Part shown: piece by piece, positions 61,957 to 64,000 of the stretch
Numbering within the stretch: position 1 is the first letter of the stretch
Layout of the letters: each line of letters starts with the position of its first letter
Source of the DNA: an uncultured virus (IMG/VR IMGVR_UViG_3300034158_000001)
Taxonomy: Duplodnaviria; Heunggongvirae; Uroviricota; Caudoviricetes
Length of the DNA: 64,000 nt
Direction: 5' to 3' (one strand)
Virus record (IMG/VR): IMGVR_UViG_3300034158_000001
Made by a program: the position numbers and the translations under genes
Notes under the pieces: generated by a model
The model's database searches: none
Seen by the model: only the letters and a program-made list of their open reading frames with translations
What the model was told of the DNA's origin: nothing

Positions 61957-62529
61957 ATGAGTAATCCAAACGCTGTACAGATTATCTTCGTTCTCGATGA
62001 ATCGGGCTCGATGTACCACCTTACCTCTGACGTTATCGGCGGTTTCAATTCGCTGATTGAAGAGCAAAAGGAAGTAGAAGGTGCGGCCAACGTGAGCCTG
62101 TATACTTTCTCCAATGAAGTGAAACGTCGCCTGAACAAGGTAGAGCTTGACGAAGTGGAGGCACTGACCACCACCAGCTACCGACCAAACGGTATGACTG
62201 CAATGAACGATGCCATTGGCACGGCTCTGCGTGAGGTTTTGAACGACGCACCAAACAAAGCCATTATCAACATCTTTACAGATGGTCAGGAGAACTCTTC
62301 GAAGGAGTTTAGCTCCGCCGCTGTTAAAGACTTGGTAGAACAGGCCGAAGCCAAGGGTTATCAGATTGTTTTCCTAGCCGCAAACATCGACGAACAGGCG
62401 GTAGGAAAGTCGTTTGGCTTGCAAGCTAGTGCAACACGTAGTTTTGTTGCTGACTCTTTCGGGCTTGAGGGTGCCTACCTGATGGCATCTGCGTCCACTA
62501 CCAACTACCGCACTGGAGGTGTCCAATGA
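61957..62529 (+). CDS. vWA-domain protein
   Basis: FVLDESGSM, G.TAMNDAIG and FTDGQENSS motifs. Confidence 0.85.
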   Translation: MSNPNAVQIIFVLDESGSMYHLTSDVIGGFNSLIEEQKEVEGAANVSLYTFSNEVKRRLNKVELDEVEALTTTSYRPNGMTAMNDAIGTALREVLNDAPNKAIINIFTDGQENSSKEFSSAAVKDLVEQAEAKGYQIVFLAANIDEQAVGKSFGLQASATRSFVADSFGLEGAYLMASASTTNYRTGGVQ

Positions 62530-62819
62530 CCGATTTCTACAAAGAAGAAAGCACTCACGTACAAATGAGTGAGCAGGAATTGTTTGAAGCCCTGGTTGAT
62601 CTGATGACCATTCAACTCTCGACAGCAGACCAAATCTCTGCCTTGAAGAAGGCTCAAAAGTTCAACAAGAAAACCAACCCAGGTGGTATCCCCTCTGAGG
62701 ACGTGGCACTTGTTGCAGGAGCAGCTAAACTTGAAGCTGCGGCCAACTACGAAGAGTACAGCGAAAAGACCTACGCTTTGAAGACGAAGTTTGAAGAGCT
62801 GACAGGCTACAACGTTTAA
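62526..62819 (+). CDS. Hypothetical helical protein
   Basis: 97 aa, followed by a terminator. Confidence 0.6.
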   Translation: MTDFYKEESTHVQMSEQELFEALVDLMTIQLSTADQISALKKAQKFNKKTNPGGIPSEDVALVAGAAKLEAAANYEEYSEKTYALKTKFEELTGYNV

Positions 62820-62823
62820 ATGA

Positions 62824-62848
62824 AAGGGGAGCTAAAAGCTCCCCTTTT
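62824..62848 (+). terminator. Rho-independent terminator
   Basis: AAGGGGAGCT aaa AGCTCCCCTTTT. Confidence 0.8.
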
Positions 62849-62868
62849 CACATCTGGAGGAAATAAAT

Positions 62869-63906
62869 TTGAGAGAGGACATTCTAATTTTTGATGCCGA
62901 CAGTATTGCCTACAAGGCTGCTGCTGCAAACGAAGACAAGAGCATTACAAGTGAGCATATTGAGAAGGGTGTAGTGGAAAGCTGGCCCAACAGAACAGCC
63001 TTCAGAGCTTATATCGCTGAGACCACTCACACAGAGGATATGTACATCATCAAGGACGTACAGGAGCCACGCCACTCAAGTTATGGCAAAACCCTGATTC
63101 GTGACATGATCAAGGGATATCACACAAGGACAGGAGTTAATAAGGGTGAGATTTATATTGGTGGTTCTGACAACTTCCGAGACTCTATTCCTCTTCCGAT
63201 GACTTGGGTAGCAACTTGCGGTAAATGGGCTGGCAAGAGTAGACTTGGCGGGAAGTATAAAGAAAACCGAGAAGACAACATCCGACCTGTTCAACTTAAA
63301 GAGTTGCGTAACTTCATGGTAAAAGAGCTTGGTGCTATCGTTGTCGATTACCAAGAGGTTGATGACATGTCGTCTATCCGTGCATTTGAAGGTTTCAAGT
63401 CTGACACCGGACGTGTGATCCAAGTGACTGAGGATAAGGATGCACTTCAATGTAGTGGGTGGCTGTTCAACCCTGCCAAGATGATCAAACCTGTGCTGGT
63501 TAAAGGCTTTGGGGAGCTGCACAAGGACGGTAAAGGAGTCAAGGGTACTGGTAGGCTGTGGTTGTACTACCAAGCGCTCTACGGTGATTCTGTGGACAAC
63601 TACCACGGCTGTGACCTATGGAAGATCGCACAGGATAAGTCTGGTAAGAGTGTAACGTTTGGCGAAGTGGCAGCATATAACCTGCTGAAAGATTCAACCA
63701 ACGATAAAGAGGCTCTGACAGCACTTTATAATCAGTATAGAAGCTGGTATCCTGAGCCGGTAACGTATATGGCCCATGATGGTATTCTCCACACCAAAGA
63801 TGCTGTCGAAATCATACAGATGTATTTTGACTGTGCACATATGAGACGTTGGGAGGATGACCGTATCGATGTTGCAGCCATGCTTGATAAGTTGGGGGTG
63901 ACTTAA
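62869..63906 (+). CDS. 5'-3' exonuclease (T7 gp6 / flap endonuclease-like)
   Basis: DADSIAY, NFR, YKENR, EVDD, DKD and GDSVDNY motifs. Confidence 0.85.
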   Translation: MREDILIFDADSIAYKAAAANEDKSITSEHIEKGVVESWPNRTAFRAYIAETTHTEDMYIIKDVQEPRHSSYGKTLIRDMIKGYHTRTGVNKGEIYIGGSDNFRDSIPLPMTWVATCGKWAGKSRLGGKYKENREDNIRPVQLKELRNFMVKELGAIVVDYQEVDDMSSIRAFEGFKSDTGRVIQVTEDKDALQCSGWLFNPAKMIKPVLVKGFGELHKDGKGVKGTGRLWLYYQALYGDSVDNYHGCDLWKIAQDKSGKSVTFGEVAAYNLLKDSTNDKEALTALYNQYRSWYPEPVTYMAHDGILHTKDAVEIIQMYFDCAHMRRWEDDRIDVAAMLDKLGVT

Positions 63907-64000
63907 TGAAGTTTGGAGTTGAACCTTCAAGGGAATATATACAACAGTGGGCTGAAGGCGTGTACAACGTCTACCAGCCTCTGGCTTGGCAGTATGCAGC
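63906..64000 (+). CDS. Start of next gene (truncated)
   Basis: TAATG coupling; MKFGVEPSREYIQQWAEG... open to the window end. Confidence 0.5.
   Translation, partial: MKFGVEPSREYIQQWAEGVYNVYQPLAWQYA

Noticed and set aside
1..64000. Prophage, integrase, or alternative genetic code
   Set aside because: No integrase, repressor or host genes were found. Genes are full-length under the standard code, all three stop codons are used, and no suppressor tRNA is present.

Overview
A 64-kb central segment of a lytic contractile-tailed (myovirus) dsDNA phage genome. Gene order and content resemble Pseudomonas myoviruses of the PAK_P1/KPP10/phiPsa374 group; host and taxonomy are inferred, not shown. Layout: (1) 1-17.1 kb, minus strand: host-takeover and counter-defence genes (vWA/TelA, SLOG, macrodomain, NAMPT-like and PRS-like pair resembling NARP1, kinase, Rnl1 RNA ligase, metallophosphoesterase, HD hydrolase, DNA ligase, dCMP deaminase, ClpP-like, PhoH). 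(2) 17.2-48.6 kb, plus strand: probable TerS, 20 tRNAs interspersed with other structured RNAs, then TerL, portal, head, tail, baseplate, modular tail fibres and lysis cassette. (3) 48.6-50 kb, minus strand: Rnl2-type ligase. (4) 50-64 kb, plus strand: primase-helicase, PolA, SSB-like protein, exonuclease. The most striking unexplained signals are non-coding. First, two diverged copies of a ~285-nt, covarying, pseudoknotted RNA (17196-17481 and 50040-50323), each behind its own promoter at one of the two divergent strand switches. Second, a ~310-nt structured RNA with a large loop of AAAG(C/T)T repeats, apparently co-transcribed with a 205-aa coiled-coil protein (52227-53202). Third, a circularly permuted tRNA-like RNA ending in CCA (21623-21701). 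All structures were derived by eye and need covariance-model and expression checks.
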